The position numbers and the translations under genes were made by a program. DNA of 64,000 nucleotides, from assembly GCA_019828565.1 (NCBI GenBank), contig JAHDYR010000017.1, positions 62,001 through 126,000 of the forward strand, read 5' to 3'. Source of the DNA: Carpediemonas membranifera BICM. Its lineage: Eukaryota > Protista > Fornicata. Position 1 is the first letter of the stretch. The number at the start of each line of letters is the position of its first letter. Below, in pieces: positions 23,101 through 34,136 of this stretch. The notes beneath the pieces were generated by a model. The model saw only the letters and a list, made by a program, of their open reading frames with translations. It did no database searches and was not told where the DNA came from.

Positions 23101-24859
23101 ATCGTCCTTATCATCCGGCTTCTCGGACGGGAGTATCAGTAGGCGGTCGTTGAGGACGTAGCCGATGTGCCTGAGGAGGTCCTTGCCGATCAGCATCCTG
23201 TCGCTGGTGCCTGTGATCATGTGGACGTCCCAGTCGAGCGTGACGGTTTTGCCATCCATGCCAGGGAGTGTGATGGACATGGTGGCGATCTTGCCCACGG
23301 AGATAACGCGGTCGTCCGCGGCGAACAGGCGGAGGTCCGACTCGCGCCATTGGATGTTTCCTGGTATCTTTGGGGCGAGGTGCTCGGATATGACGCAGAC
23401 ATCTGCGCCAGTGTCGAGCTTGGCTGGAAGTTGGACGGTTCCGGCGACCGTTACGGTTGTCTGTATGGGAATGGAGGTCGTTTGGACCTCGCCGACGGCG
23501 CCATCGCGTTGGTTCGCTCCGCAGTCCTTGGTTGTATGCTTTGAGTTCCAGCCATGCCTGTCACACCAGCGATTGAAAGACTTCGGGATGTAGAAATGCT
23601 CCTTGTCCTTAAACTGCTTGAACGGGTCCTGGCCTTCGACCTTGTGGGCCTTCGGCTTCAGCGGCTGGCCCTCGCGAGCAGAGGTGTCCTTGTTCGAGCA
23701 CTGACTGTTATCATGCGGTGCCTTGTTGTCGGCCGGGATCGGCTTCGTCTTGGTCGACACGGCATAGGCCTGCCAGGGGACGACGATCTGGCCGAGATGG
23801 TCGGTCTCGAGGGTCGAGAGGGCGTCTATGCAGTCGCGGGCGGGACGCCAGTTGCCGTCCAAATCCCGCTCGATCAGCGCCTCGTATAGCGGGATCGCGT
23901 CGTCGTCGTATCCCTTGAGGGCGACAGACCGGACCGCAGCGCGGAGGGCGCTGTCGGGGATCTTATGGTAGCCATCGGCCTCGACGACGGGGTTGTACCC
24001 GTCGCACGCCTTCTGCAGGCGCAGAGTGTTAAGGCGGTGGGCCGCGTTCTGGCCGTACAGTTGGGTGCCCTTGCTCGTGATGGCCTTGAGGCGTGCACCG
24101 CGGTCGAGTGTTGGCATCAGGGTAAGGTACAGGTGAGGCAGGATGGTCCTGGCCTCGGCGCGAAGCTGGTCACGCACGGACACGGGGGCGGAGGGGGCGG
24201 CCGTTGCCGCTGACGGGAGAGAGTTGACGATTCTCGCGACATCCGCGGCCGATCGGGCCGGTTTGTCGTCCAGGGGGTTCGTTAGCGTCGCGAAGGTGAG
24301 GGTCGCATCCGGGTCCGCCTCGTGGCGGTCGTGGCTGGCCGTGCAGAGGCTGGCGAGCTTATCGTTCAGCTCGGCCTCGGCGCGGTCGTAAACAGCCTGC
24401 ATCCGGCGCATCGCCGGGTCGAGAAGCGGGCTGTCCTTATAGGTGTTGGCGGCTGCAGCACAGAGCAAGAAGAGATCGTCCTGCAGAGCGTAGATGATCG
24501 CGCGGTATCTTGCGCGGCACGACGTGGCGTGTCTGTCAGGTTCTTGCTTGGCGTGTTGTGCCTGCGAGACCACGTCAGGGATAAGGGAGTCCCAGAACGA
24601 CTCGAAGGTCGGGAACGTGGAGGTGGGCCGCCATGTGGCTTGTAGAAGCTCGAGGGTCTTTGCCGTGAATGTGTGGGGGAAAGAACGGGGTCTTTTGACG
24701 TTACCGACTTCCCGTAACCAGATCTCGTACCCCGTTGTGAGGGAAGAGACGTCTATCACGGATAGACCACTGTGTGATTCTGTAGAAGCAGAATATCGAT
24801 ATTGTGCCATTGTTGGCTTGCGCAGGTAGATCTGTTTACATAAACTGCACTGGCTCTCA
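20176..24859 (-). mobile_element. Full-length chromodomain Ty3/Gypsy element, family C, with 57-bp LTRs and CGCG TSD
   Basis: Identical TG..CA LTRs at 20176..20232 and 24803..24859; TSD CGCG at 20172..20175 and 24860..24863; PPT GAGGAGGGAAG before the 3' LTR. Confidence 0.95.
20261..24810 (-). CDS. Gypsy-C gag-pol (PR LDTGA, RT YVDD, RNase H, integrase, chromodomain); one frameshift at the G-run near 22125
   Basis: ORFs 22069..24810 and 20261..22012; chromodomain VSAIVGHR..LLVHWEG; ATG lies in the last 8 nt of the 5' LTR. Confidence 0.9.
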
Positions 24860-26059
24860 CGCGATTTGGTTGGAACATTCTTCAACCAACGCTTCATGAT
24901 ATCTTCGTCTATTGCCGCTACAGCCTCCATGGGATGAGTTTTTGCTGCTTCAGTTTGGATTGCTATTCCAGAATTTCGACCATACAAAACTCTAAAGTAT
25001 TGGGAATTGACCCAAACTGAGCTCAGATACGTGATCTGGGGCCTGAGTGGGTGAATGGGGACCTTTCATTTTTTAAAAGTGTTGTTACACTCCCAGATTT
25101 AATGATAATCTCCGGTGCTGGAAGTAATTCTGAAATGGCGATCCAAATGCAATTATTATTCTGAAAACCGAATCCATGGTGCTGCCATTCTCTATTCGCT
25201 CTAATAGGTACCCAGGCCAGGTTTTGTACACCCTACCCGCTTGCCTCGGAATTCGGACATGCCGAAATTCTGAAATTCGAATACCACCGCCCATTTTTGA
25301 CGTATGAGATCAGTATCCCATGCCAAACCTCAGGACGGCATTCGTGTACCTTTTCCTGCCCTGTATCCATTAGATAACCACCCACTTTCCTTTCACAATG
25401 TGCATTTTACGCTCGCTACGAGACTGAAATGAGGATCTTAAGAATAGAAAGAATACTGGCGGCTTTAACGTAGTAGGCATGTGTACAACACTAAGAAACA
25501 TCAGTATGCGGGCGCAGAGCATCATTAAAGCTACAATTATCCCTAAACAACATCAAGTACCATAAGTCCACCAGGACCATACGATATGAACTATAAATGG
25601 AGCACTGATTAGTATAGATGATTTGAGAGTACCATGCATGGCCAGAATACCGCAATTATCGTCCGTTGATCCACGTGACCTCCATCTTGGTCGGTATCCA
25701 GAGAACCTCCGTCAGACGCTTGCAACGGAACATTTAGGGGGAGCATCCTGAATGGGGCCAGATTTGAGGGACCCTTGGTCTGACATGCCATGACCGAGTA
25801 CTCTAGGGGCCTCCACAGTGCGTCCCGAGGTACGTTATAGCACCACAGACTTGGTGTGTCTTAGCCTGCACCGCCCGAAAGCTCGCCGGATCACTCCCCA
25901 TACGTTATATCGCCATTCAGTCCACATAATGGATGTTTTCGGAGCGATTATATCCCCCGTTTGTATGGTATAACGTTTCCGACACCCCGTTGCCTACGGT
26001 TACTGGCAATTTTATCATCTCTGTTATATGTCCATTATTGGGATATAACGAAGAGAAGA

Positions 26060-27658
26060 ATGACGTTCGAATTCCTTCACGAGTGGATCGAGAGCACCTC
26101 AGATGATGTGATTGAGGCCGTTATCACCGAATTCAAGGAGAAGAAGACAAACAAGGCGAAGAGTGCCGTTCTTCGGGACAAATTGCTCGACGAGAACGAT
26201 ATCTTCGATATAGTCGTCAAGAACGGTACGTAATTGGTGCAAATGTTTATATAGGGATCAACTTCAACCACCTGTGCTCATATTTCGAGATTCAGGGCGA
26301 GAAGAAGGCAGAACTCGAGGCATTGCTGTCTCAGCAGGTGCAGGATAAGACCTCGAACGAGAACATCGAGGCAACCTTCACGGAGAAGGAGATGAAGGCG
26401 TTTGAGTCGGCCGCTGTCACAGCCTTCAAGAACTCCAAGAGGGCTGAGTATGCCAAGGAGAATGAGGGCGCGCGTATCGAAATAGAGGCGCTGAGTGTCA
26501 AGGTTCGGGCGTGGCGCAACGCGACATCCACCAACGCGCTTGTGCGCGACCATGTCACAGCAATGGTTGCCAGGGTGCGCAGCAAGGAGGCAGACCTTGC
26601 TTACATGAAGCACTCCTGCCGCTCGTACTTCGAAGAGTACATCATCGCCCTGGAATGGTTGGAGACCCCCGCGGGAGAAGGTACGCCCCTGCTCCCCCCA
26701 GGTACTGGCGCTATCATCGATTACTATCACAAAATTGTTCGAGGATACAAGAAGAGAGTCAAGCAGTTGAGGAAGAGCTTGACGGCAAAGAGTGAGGAAG
26801 TCATCACGCTGCATCGACGCCTTCTGCAGCAGCAGGCTGAGCGAGAGGCAGCCTATGACGCTGACAAGTCCATGGATGCATCACTCCCATGCAGCCCCAT
26901 CCCGCCACAGTCTGGCACAGTCTCCAGGACTTCCTGTCCCCGACGCGATACGGACGAGGCGCAGGCATCCATGTCTGTGAAGCGCAAGGCCCTCTTCATC
27001 ACGCCCGAGAAGGCCAGGCCTGAGGACTCGGAGGAGGAGTCAGAGGAGGAGGAGTCAGATGAGGAGCAGGAGGAGGCGAAGGAGAAGAGGGGTGAGGCAG
27101 AAGAGGAGGCGGTGAACACATGCGACGCCTGCATCCAGACTGAGCCGGAGACTCAGACTCGCATCACCTCTGAGGCCGCGGTGCAGACGTGCATCAACGC
27201 GGAGGCTCTCACGGCTGGCTGTACCGCGATTCATGTCAAGAGTGACGGCAACTGCGTTGCATATTGTCTCCAAGCCATTGAGTTGGGTGGCCGAGTTGAT
27301 GGCGACTTCGAAAAAGTGGCAGCGTGGCCTCTGCCAGTCAGTGAAGGCCAAGTACTGGTCTAAGAAGAATGTCACGGAGCGTAGCCTGACAGATCCGCAC
27401 TCCGGCTACTATAACTCGAACGCCATCCGAGTCTGGGCGAGGAAGCAGAAGCGGAACATCCTTGTTGTCCAGTCATACGACGGATACAACGGCATGCAAG
27501 GCATCTCCGCCATCTTATACCTGTTTGATGGCACCACCATGCTTGCACCCGATGCAGACTTGTGGGGGTTGACAGATAATTTCGCTATTGTCATCGAAGG
27601 CGATCCGGCTCACGCCACGCTGTACCAGAAGAAGCGCGAGGTCGTTGAGATTGAATAA
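26060..27658 (+). CDS. Coiled-coil/acidic protein with C-terminal OTU-like cysteine protease; predicted intron 26226..26254; frameshift in the A-run near 27312
   Basis: HVKSDGNCVAYCL (OTU DxxC motif); distal AHATLY His motif in the next frame; the 29-nt GT..AG intron restores frame. Confidence 0.65.
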
Positions 27659-27701
27659 AGATTTGGATATGCCTTTGTAGTGCGTTCGACTGTGTACGTT
27701 T

Positions 27702-29718
27702 AGGAGAAGGCTGAGACGGAGAAGAAGGAGGACAAGGAGGTGGAGACAGAGAAGAAGAAGGGTAAGTAGGCAGACGAGGAGGAGCCTGACACGGTGGTGC
27801 GTGGGCCGGAAGATGACGACAATATGTCAGTCGTGTCGATCAGTGACAACGAGCATGAGCCTGAGCTGGTCTTCGACGTACAAACCGCGATCGACAGGAT
27901 CCTGACCTGCCCTGCCAAGGAGATTCACCGTGACGAAGAAGAAGAAGAAAGAATTTAATGTGTCCTGCTACTCGTCCTGCTGTGTAAGCTGAATGTCACA
28001 GTTTGTGTCACCCCTTCGAGGAACGCCTAAGCGTGTTGGTACCTCTACAGAGCACACCTAACACTTCCTAAGAGGGCGTGAACAACGGCCGTCAAGGCCT
28101 AGCTGGTACGCTAGAGGGATCCTATACATGGCCACATTAATACCCCCAAAGTTAGGCTAACCCAGGTCTTACTCTTAGGGGCCCTTTGGGTCCCAGGTCT
28201 GCCTGGCACCTACAAAGCCTTGCCCTGCACGCTGCTGTCAGGGACCTTCCGTACGTTTCCCCTCTCCCCCGGGTCCCCTAGGGAGGTCCTGGGGTTTCCT
28301 CGACCCGCTCGCCATGTTTCAGGCACCCAGGCAGTATGTCCCTTCGGTTTCCCATTTCCTTGCCGACGGAAGCCCCTCAGTGGAGTTCCTGGGCGCCGGG
28401 ACTCCTCAGTAAACACCCAGGGTTGAATGGGGGGTTGAGACCATGTTGCTGCTGTTCCTTGCGGTATCTGCCTACCACTCGGGTTGCTGGGCCCCGGCAT
28501 TCTCCCCTTCTCCCAGCGGGGAGCGCGGCCACAGGGCGCCATTTGGGTTTCCCTCCAGTTGCGCGTCATTCCTACTAAATTCATGAGTTCATACCTTGGT
28601 TTCGGCTTGGTTGCAGTGGTGAGGGCCCTTGGCATGTTGCTGGGGGCTCCTCTGGACGTTCTTTGCCCTGTGGGTTGAGGAACGTCCGGGCGGTAAGCTT
28701 CCCTTGGTCTTTTTGGATGGTAATATCCCATCAGACCGCTCACCGGGGGCTCCATGCCCATACGGGTTTCGTTGCCCCAGAGGGTGCACTTTAGGGAGCA
28801 CAGAGAACCAACCCAAGCACAGCGCCCGTCCGCTAGCGGGTTATACAAGGCAGGCAGGGTGGTTTCAGGGCGACGGCTCGTGCCTCCGGCGCTCGCATCT
28901 TCCAGTTTTCTGCCACCGGCCCGTTTCGCTTCCGTTTGACTTGGTCTCAGGCGATCTCATCGAGGAGGCTAGAGAGAGGCCTCGTGCGCCCTATGGGTAG
29001 AAGTGGTAAAGAGTTATGCTGTTCCTGCTGGTATTCCCCGAGCAGGAGAACTCCCGATGCTGAATTGACCAAAATGTGGCATTCCGCGCTATAGGTCACC
29101 GCTGCTCTGTTTTGAGCTCTATAAACCTCGAAAGAATCGCCAATGGCTATCATTCCTCGGCGCTTGGCTTTTGTTCCGGTTGGTGATTCCAACTTTCCAT
29201 ACCGGACATTTTAACTTGGAGATTCACCGTGACGGAGCCTGCATCGCTCATTCGCTCAACGACATTAAGCACGGCCAAGTACTGGGTAAGAATCGAATCA
29301 AACATTTCAAAAAATCATCTGAGAGAACACGCCGAGGAATCCATGGCCAAAAAGGCCGAGGGCCAGGTCAGGGGGCACATGGTGGGACCCTTCCGAGCTG
29401 TTCAACGGCCAGGGCTGGCTGACAGGCACTGCTATCTCGGCTTGGACGCATCTCGAGAAGGAGAAGGTCATGGTCCTGCAGCGCAGAGAAGAGGAAGATG
29501 GTCGCATAGTCAACTCAGCGACTGTTTACGACAACGGAAGGGTCTACCCTCAGGATTTCAGAAGTCTGACTCAACTCAGTGATGCCATCAGGGAGACGGG
29601 CCACGAGAAGGTCATTGTCATTACGGGTAATCATGCCACGGTGTATCTCGTGGCGGAGCTTCTGTCAGATGGCACTGGTGAAGAGAGTGTGCCGAAGACA
29701 AGGAAGGGGAGGAAGTAA
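27702..29718 (+). pseudogene. Second OTU-like protease gene, disrupted by a retroposed insert
   Basis: Rejoined sequence KEIHRD-GACIAHSL..VIVITGNHATVY parallels DGNCVAYCL..AHATLY. Confidence 0.55.
27936..29217 (-). mobile_element. Non-LTR-type insert (non-autonomous or 5'-truncated) with (TTC)n 3' tail and 17-bp TSD
   Basis: GGAGATTCACCGTGACG repeated at 27919..27935 and 29218..29234; (GAA)n run directly after the first copy. Confidence 0.8.
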
Positions 29719-30552
29719 ATGGTTTGATGTGTTCGGCAGTCTTTCATCTGTGAAATGAGAACAGGCGTGAGTGTCATGGACACAGATGGCCCGGACAGCG
29801 TTGCCTCCGTCTTGGCATTTGTTGAGGACAACACAGCTGTAAACGACAATAAGATGAAACAGAAGTAGCAAGCAATGTTTAATAACGTATGAACAGTCCT
29901 TTTGATGTTGTTTAGTGATTTTTGTGCATTAACGACCGAGAACAGTGGAGTGCAACGCAGATGTTGGTTATTGATGGTAGATGGCGCGCTTTTGACGACA
30001 GCTGGTTGCTTTTGCAGTATAAAGAACCGCATAGCTGCCACTAGTTCCTTCCAATAATGCTTTCCCGCCATTTTGAGGTTGGAATGAAATTCCAAGCACC
30101 GTGCACTTTATGTAATTGCCCAATATCAACGCCACCCCCGCCCCCAGCGCCTCCACGCCCCACGCCAACGCCACCTCCGCCCCCTGGCGCTCAGTTCAGG
30201 AGATGTCCGGTCGATAAGCCATAAACTGCACGGATCCACAAACGTGGATTGGCCTGAACGACAGCGCTGAGGCCCAAACAGGTGGTGAGACATTAAAAAG
30301 ACTCATTTGCAATCCATTTACTCAGTCCTCACCCTCTTACCACTTGTCTCGATCTCTGAATCATCCTCTATTGTGTTGTCCGCATGCTTCTGCTTTTCGG
30401 GCGACTCTACATGAGTCACCCTTGCAGTGGACGTGGTTGTGGAGCACCCCCAGTGTCTCCACGTCCGCCACCAGCGCCAGATCCGCCACCATGCCCTACA
30501 TCAGCACATTTGTGTATTTACTTTGTAAATTTGTCCTATTGCTATTGAAGCA

Positions 30553-33117
30553 ATGCGTTTCGAGAACTGGGAAGTCGTCATCACCTATGGGGCGGACAGT
30601 TCTCTTGGATCTATCATCACCGCTGTCTTAGACGAGTTTCTGCTCCGAAACCGCGACAAATCGTTTCGTTTAGACAGCAAGGAGCAGTGCTTGCGCATTC
30701 TCCGAGATTTCCTGACGTCATGTCCACTGAGGGTGACACATAGTGATGCTACGTTACGTAGTGCAGTCGTTAATGCTGATTGGAGCGCATTGATGAGGAA
30801 TCACAGCACTGCTCATGTGACTGTTACGCGAGTCGACAACGAGGCGAAGACGAAGAGCCTATACACGGCCATGGCAATTATCTGTGCCGTCGAGTTAGGG
30901 AAGAATCGCTACGACCGACTCCGCCATGCATTTGTTTCAATGGCCTCCGACATGGGAGTTCGCCTTGGAATTCACACTCCACCGGTGGTAGACAGTCTCC
31001 AGAATCTTGGGTATGACCTGCTGTCCATCCCAGCCATACGATCTGTTATATCAGACCCAACACTGATCGAGGACGTCAACGCGTTCACTCCTGAGCAGCC
31101 CGATGTCTCTGGGCGTGATGGGGTGTCTAACCAAGAGCTTCAATGTCAAGCAGGAGCCGGTTTCACGCGTAGCGTGGAAGTCGCGGAGGCTTTTTACGGC
31201 CTATATGACCCAACCACCCACACCGACCTGCAAGAGACTCTCGATGAACACGACTGCCTCTTCGCTCACCACTTCGAGAAGATATCGGGGGAGTCACGGC
31301 TATACATTTCGCATGATGATCCATCCAAGCTGCCGGAGATTCAGAGATTATGCCGGAACATGGGCATCATTCCGCGTGGAACAAAGAAATCTCACCGGAT
31401 GGTGATCAGCGCTCTGTCCTATGGCCCTGTCGCCCAGATTAAGTTCATGCTGAAGTTCCCCGACCGAGTTCAGCGCGATATCAAGTCAAGCAAGTTCGTT
31501 CAATCCGTCACTATTAACCCGGAGAGCCGACAGGAGGCTTATGGTCTTGAGATGCTCCTATGGTTTGATGGATATCGGGCCGACTGTACGGCGGTCAAAT
31601 ATCGCATAATTGATCGCGAGGGAGCAGCCCTACCACAGAAGATTACCCCACCCATGACGCTTCTTACATTTCAGGGCACAGAGAAGCTCATTCCTTCGTT
31701 CTTTGATGATGTACAGCGGCTAATGAACAAGCTCATTGGTATCCCCTTCGCATGTGGTGACAGTTCGTTGCTCCCACGCAGCCGTGTTGTCATCAGCCTG
31801 CTCGGGATCTGCGGCGATCACAAAGCGTTGCAGATTGTTAGTGGCGTCAAGCGGGGACGATACTACCGCTCTCCATTCTCCTCCCTACACATGGGAAAGG
31901 TCGCAAGTGACCCGTTTGCCAATCGTTACGATCGCTGGACAATCGCAGATAGCATCCGTCTTCGTGACGCTGGTGGCGTGAAAGACATGACACGGTTTGG
32001 GTCCCGCGATGGTCACCGAGATGTCTGCTGTCTGACCTATGCCAACGAGATAGATGGCCCACTTCACGTGCTCACAAAGTACGCTGATGTCACGTTCATT
32101 CCACCTGTCATGCATGTGAGTCACTATCTTATGAAGGACTTCTGGACGCTGCTTGGCCTTGTCAAGGTTCAACACGCTGGTCAGAACGTGCACACACTTG
32201 AGCAGATTGAAAAGCTGTTCACGCGGACAACTGGCTGCAACGAGCAGAGCTGGAACAGACGAAAGCTCGCGACACTAGTCAACGAGCACCTTGAGGAGTT
32301 TGACCAGTCACTCCAGCCCTTCATACTCCTTACAGCCAAGTTACAGGCGTTGTATTACTCCTCTGACCACGTGACACACCAGACAATCGCTTTCCATCAC
32401 GCGGCGTCCTTTTCTACGTTCATCATGTTCCATGTCTTGACGTTGTTCTATGACCTTCCATCGAGTCGCTCCTCGGTTGCTACGACGCTCAATGATGGTC
32501 TCAGACTGACTTACTCTCCCAAGTTTACCGGCTCGCTATATCTGAATGCAGTGGTGTCAGTTCTGCCCAAGGTTCACTCGAAACTGCGGCTTCCGATGTT
32601 CTATTTGCTTGAGGAGTACTTCGAACGTGATTTCCTCATCAATGCCCAGTTGCGAGTGGACAAGCATCGATCTTGGGTTCTCGGCTTCCTGGCTCAGAAG
32701 ACAATGGTCGGTCGTGTCCTTGCTCACTACACCCGCCGTGGCTCATCGAGAAAGCATGGTATGGTGTTGCCGATTGCAAGGCAGTGTAAGTCTGTCACAT
32801 TCTGCTCGTGTCTATTTGATGCCGACCGGTGTGCCGCCTGGAGAAATCGTCTATTAACTAAGGTACCCAACTGGGATAGGGAGGCGAGCCAACAGTCGCT
32901 GAATGCGCTGTTTAGTGGATGGGTCAAGGGTATCTGTGAGGAGCCGGAGGAGATCCGGGAACTCATCACTGTTGACGAGACAGCCAAGACGATTTGTGTA
33001 AGGACGGCGGACAGTGGTCTGGATGAGACTCTCTGCATCTGCAATCTGTGCAACAGTGAGCAGCGAGCGGAGGAGCTGATGAGGAGGACTGGGCACAATC
33101 TTCGCCCGAGAAGATAG
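30553..33117 (+). CDS. DDE transposase of the Chapaev/Transib(RAG1)/EnSpm-like group, 854 aa
   Basis: LLWFDG (first D), ICGDHKALQIVSG (second D, GDxK motif), PPVMH, EEYFE; ends ~1 kb from the right TIR. Confidence 0.7.
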   Translation: MRFENWEVVITYGADSSLGSIITAVLDEFLLRNRDKSFRLDSKEQCLRILRDFLTSCPLRVTHSDATLRSAVVNADWSALMRNHSTAHVTVTRVDNEAKTKSLYTAMAIICAVELGKNRYDRLRHAFVSMASDMGVRLGIHTPPVVDSLQNLGYDLLSIPAIRSVISDPTLIEDVNAFTPEQPDVSGRDGVSNQELQCQAGAGFTRSVEVAEAFYGLYDPTTHTDLQETLDEHDCLFAHHFEKISGESRLYISHDDPSKLPEIQRLCRNMGIIPRGTKKSHRMVISALSYGPVAQIKFMLKFPDRVQRDIKSSKFVQSVTINPESRQEAYGLEMLLWFDGYRADCTAVKYRIIDREGAALPQKITPPMTLLTFQGTEKLIPSFFDDVQRLMNKLIGIPFACGDSSLLPRSRVVISLLGICGDHKALQIVSGVKRGRYYRSPFSSLHMGKVASDPFANRYDRWTIADSIRLRDAGGVKDMTRFGSRDGHRDVCCLTYANEIDGPLHVLTKYADVTFIPPVMHVSHYLMKDFWTLLGLVKVQHAGQNVHTLEQIEKLFTRTTGCNEQSWNRRKLATLVNEHLEEFDQSLQPFILLTAKLQALYYSSDHVTHQTIAFHHAASFSTFIMFHVLTLFYDLPSSRSSVATTLNDGLRLTYSPKFTGSLYLNAVVSVLPKVHSKLRLPMFYLLEEYFERDFLINAQLRVDKHRSWVLGFLAQKTMVGRVLAHYTRRGSSRKHGMVLPIARQCKSVTFCSCLFDADRCAAWRNRLLTKVPNWDREASQQSLNALFSGWVKGICEEPEEIRELITVDETAKTICVRTADSGLDETLCICNLCNSEQRAEELMRRTGHNLRPRR

Positions 33118-33195
33118 ATAGATGGATAATCGGAGTATGTATATAAAGGGTTCTTTATGTTTACACTATCTTCACCAATCTACAGTCAATTACGT

Positions 33196-33970
33196 CTATT
33201 GCGAGCGAAGAACAGCTTTCAGTAAGAAATTTGAGGCAACTGTCAGGTAATTCTTAGTAACGTCGTCGGCAATGGCGTAATAGTCATCAATTTCAGTCAA
33301 GTGACTCAGCTTAACGCGCATTTGCTTGATTTCGGCGATAAACTCGGCCCGCTTCATTCGTTTGTCATAAAGTGCATTCCGGCCATATCACAAGTTTTCT
33401 TCATCACAAGGCACGCACGGGGGTGTAAGCGGGACCGAGGCTACCACCACAGCCTCTTCTGAGCCGATGGATACCTTTTGTTGATTTGCCAGAATTGACC
33501 AAACGACGAGGAATGCTTGATATGCCGCGTATGGATGATTTGAAGAAGAACTGAAGGTGAAAGACAAAGATCATAGAAATACACATCATGCGGCTCACTT
33601 TTTGGAGACATTGGAGGTAAATTAGCTTTTAGGATCGTTTTTCGTTTGCCAGGCAAAGTTTTGAGTGTTTTCTCGAGAATACTCGATGCCGTATGCAATC
33701 TTGCTGCTATTTGATGCAGAACAAAGGTTGTTATGTGACACAGATGTTCTCACTTGCTTTCGGCCTTCTTTGTTGGCGAGCAAAAGCAAACTTCTTTGGG
33801 AGCAATTCCCAAAAGTCGCATCTTTACGCACCCAGGAAATTTTATCTCGGCATACTGGACCAGTGGGGGAGGCACGGCAGTCTATCCCGACCCTAGATGA
33901 ACCATGAGACAGTTTTTCGACGAGAGTTTGTGCGATGCCACTGACTTCGCGAGTGAAGGTCTTCAGCATG
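33196..33970 (-). pseudogene. Fragmented unknown gene converging on the transposase
   Basis: Successive overlapping minus-strand ORF pieces (33622..34008, 33441..33698, 33404..33598); no motif recognised. Confidence 0.3.
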
Positions 33971-34077
33971 TTGTACGGATGTCTAAACGATGCCTTGTGC
34001 AAGTGCAAGGCGTAATACGCTGTAGTTTAATTGTTTGAGCGCGTTCATTTTTTCTTGCAATCGTCCTTTTTTCATGT

Positions 34078-34136
34078 ATTCCGGGACTTATTCCGGGACT
34101 TTAAGTCCCGGTTAAAGTACCAGAAAAAACAGCATG
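34078..34136 (+). repeat. Right TIR of the CATGC transposon
   Basis: ..CCGGGACTTTAAGTCCCGGTTAAAGTACCAGAAAAAACAGCATG, followed by CC (reverse complement of the GG TSD) and Gypsy-A sequence. Confidence 0.85.

Larger units (their letters stand above)
19046..24930 (-). pseudogene. Cargo gene with N-terminal tyrosine-recombinase core-binding (SAM-like) resemblance and acidic tail, split by Gypsy-C
   Basis: Removing 20176..24863 restores MEAVAAIDEDIMKRWLKNVPTKSR-TNYNKLLKDV..LRRYLAEKPLGTQKKIVSAVQSF in frame. Confidence 0.65.
9867..34136 (+). mobile_element. Giant CATGC-terminated DNA transposon (CMC/Transib-like) with multi-gene cargo; probably a composite or rearranged copy
   Basis: Starts CATGC at 9867 exactly at a Gypsy-A breakpoint and ends GCATG at 34136 at another; ends are homologous; transposase at 30553..33117; flanks do not form one TSD. 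Confidence 0.7.

Noticed and set aside
22069-24987. In-frame fusion of the cargo gene N-terminus to Gypsy-C gag-pol
   Set aside because: A stop-free 57-bp LTR inserted in an ORF gives this by chance about one time in three; no sign of selection.
25655-25900. GC-rich, structured-looking segment (also 15500..15670) as an ncRNA or SINE
   Set aside because: No TSD, tail, second copy or recognisable RNA family motif could be identified by eye.
9867-34136. Polinton/Maverick or endogenous virus
   Set aside because: No protein-primed polymerase, packaging ATPase or capsid motifs; the integrases present belong to nested Gypsy elements, and the TSD is 2 bp rather than 5-6 bp.
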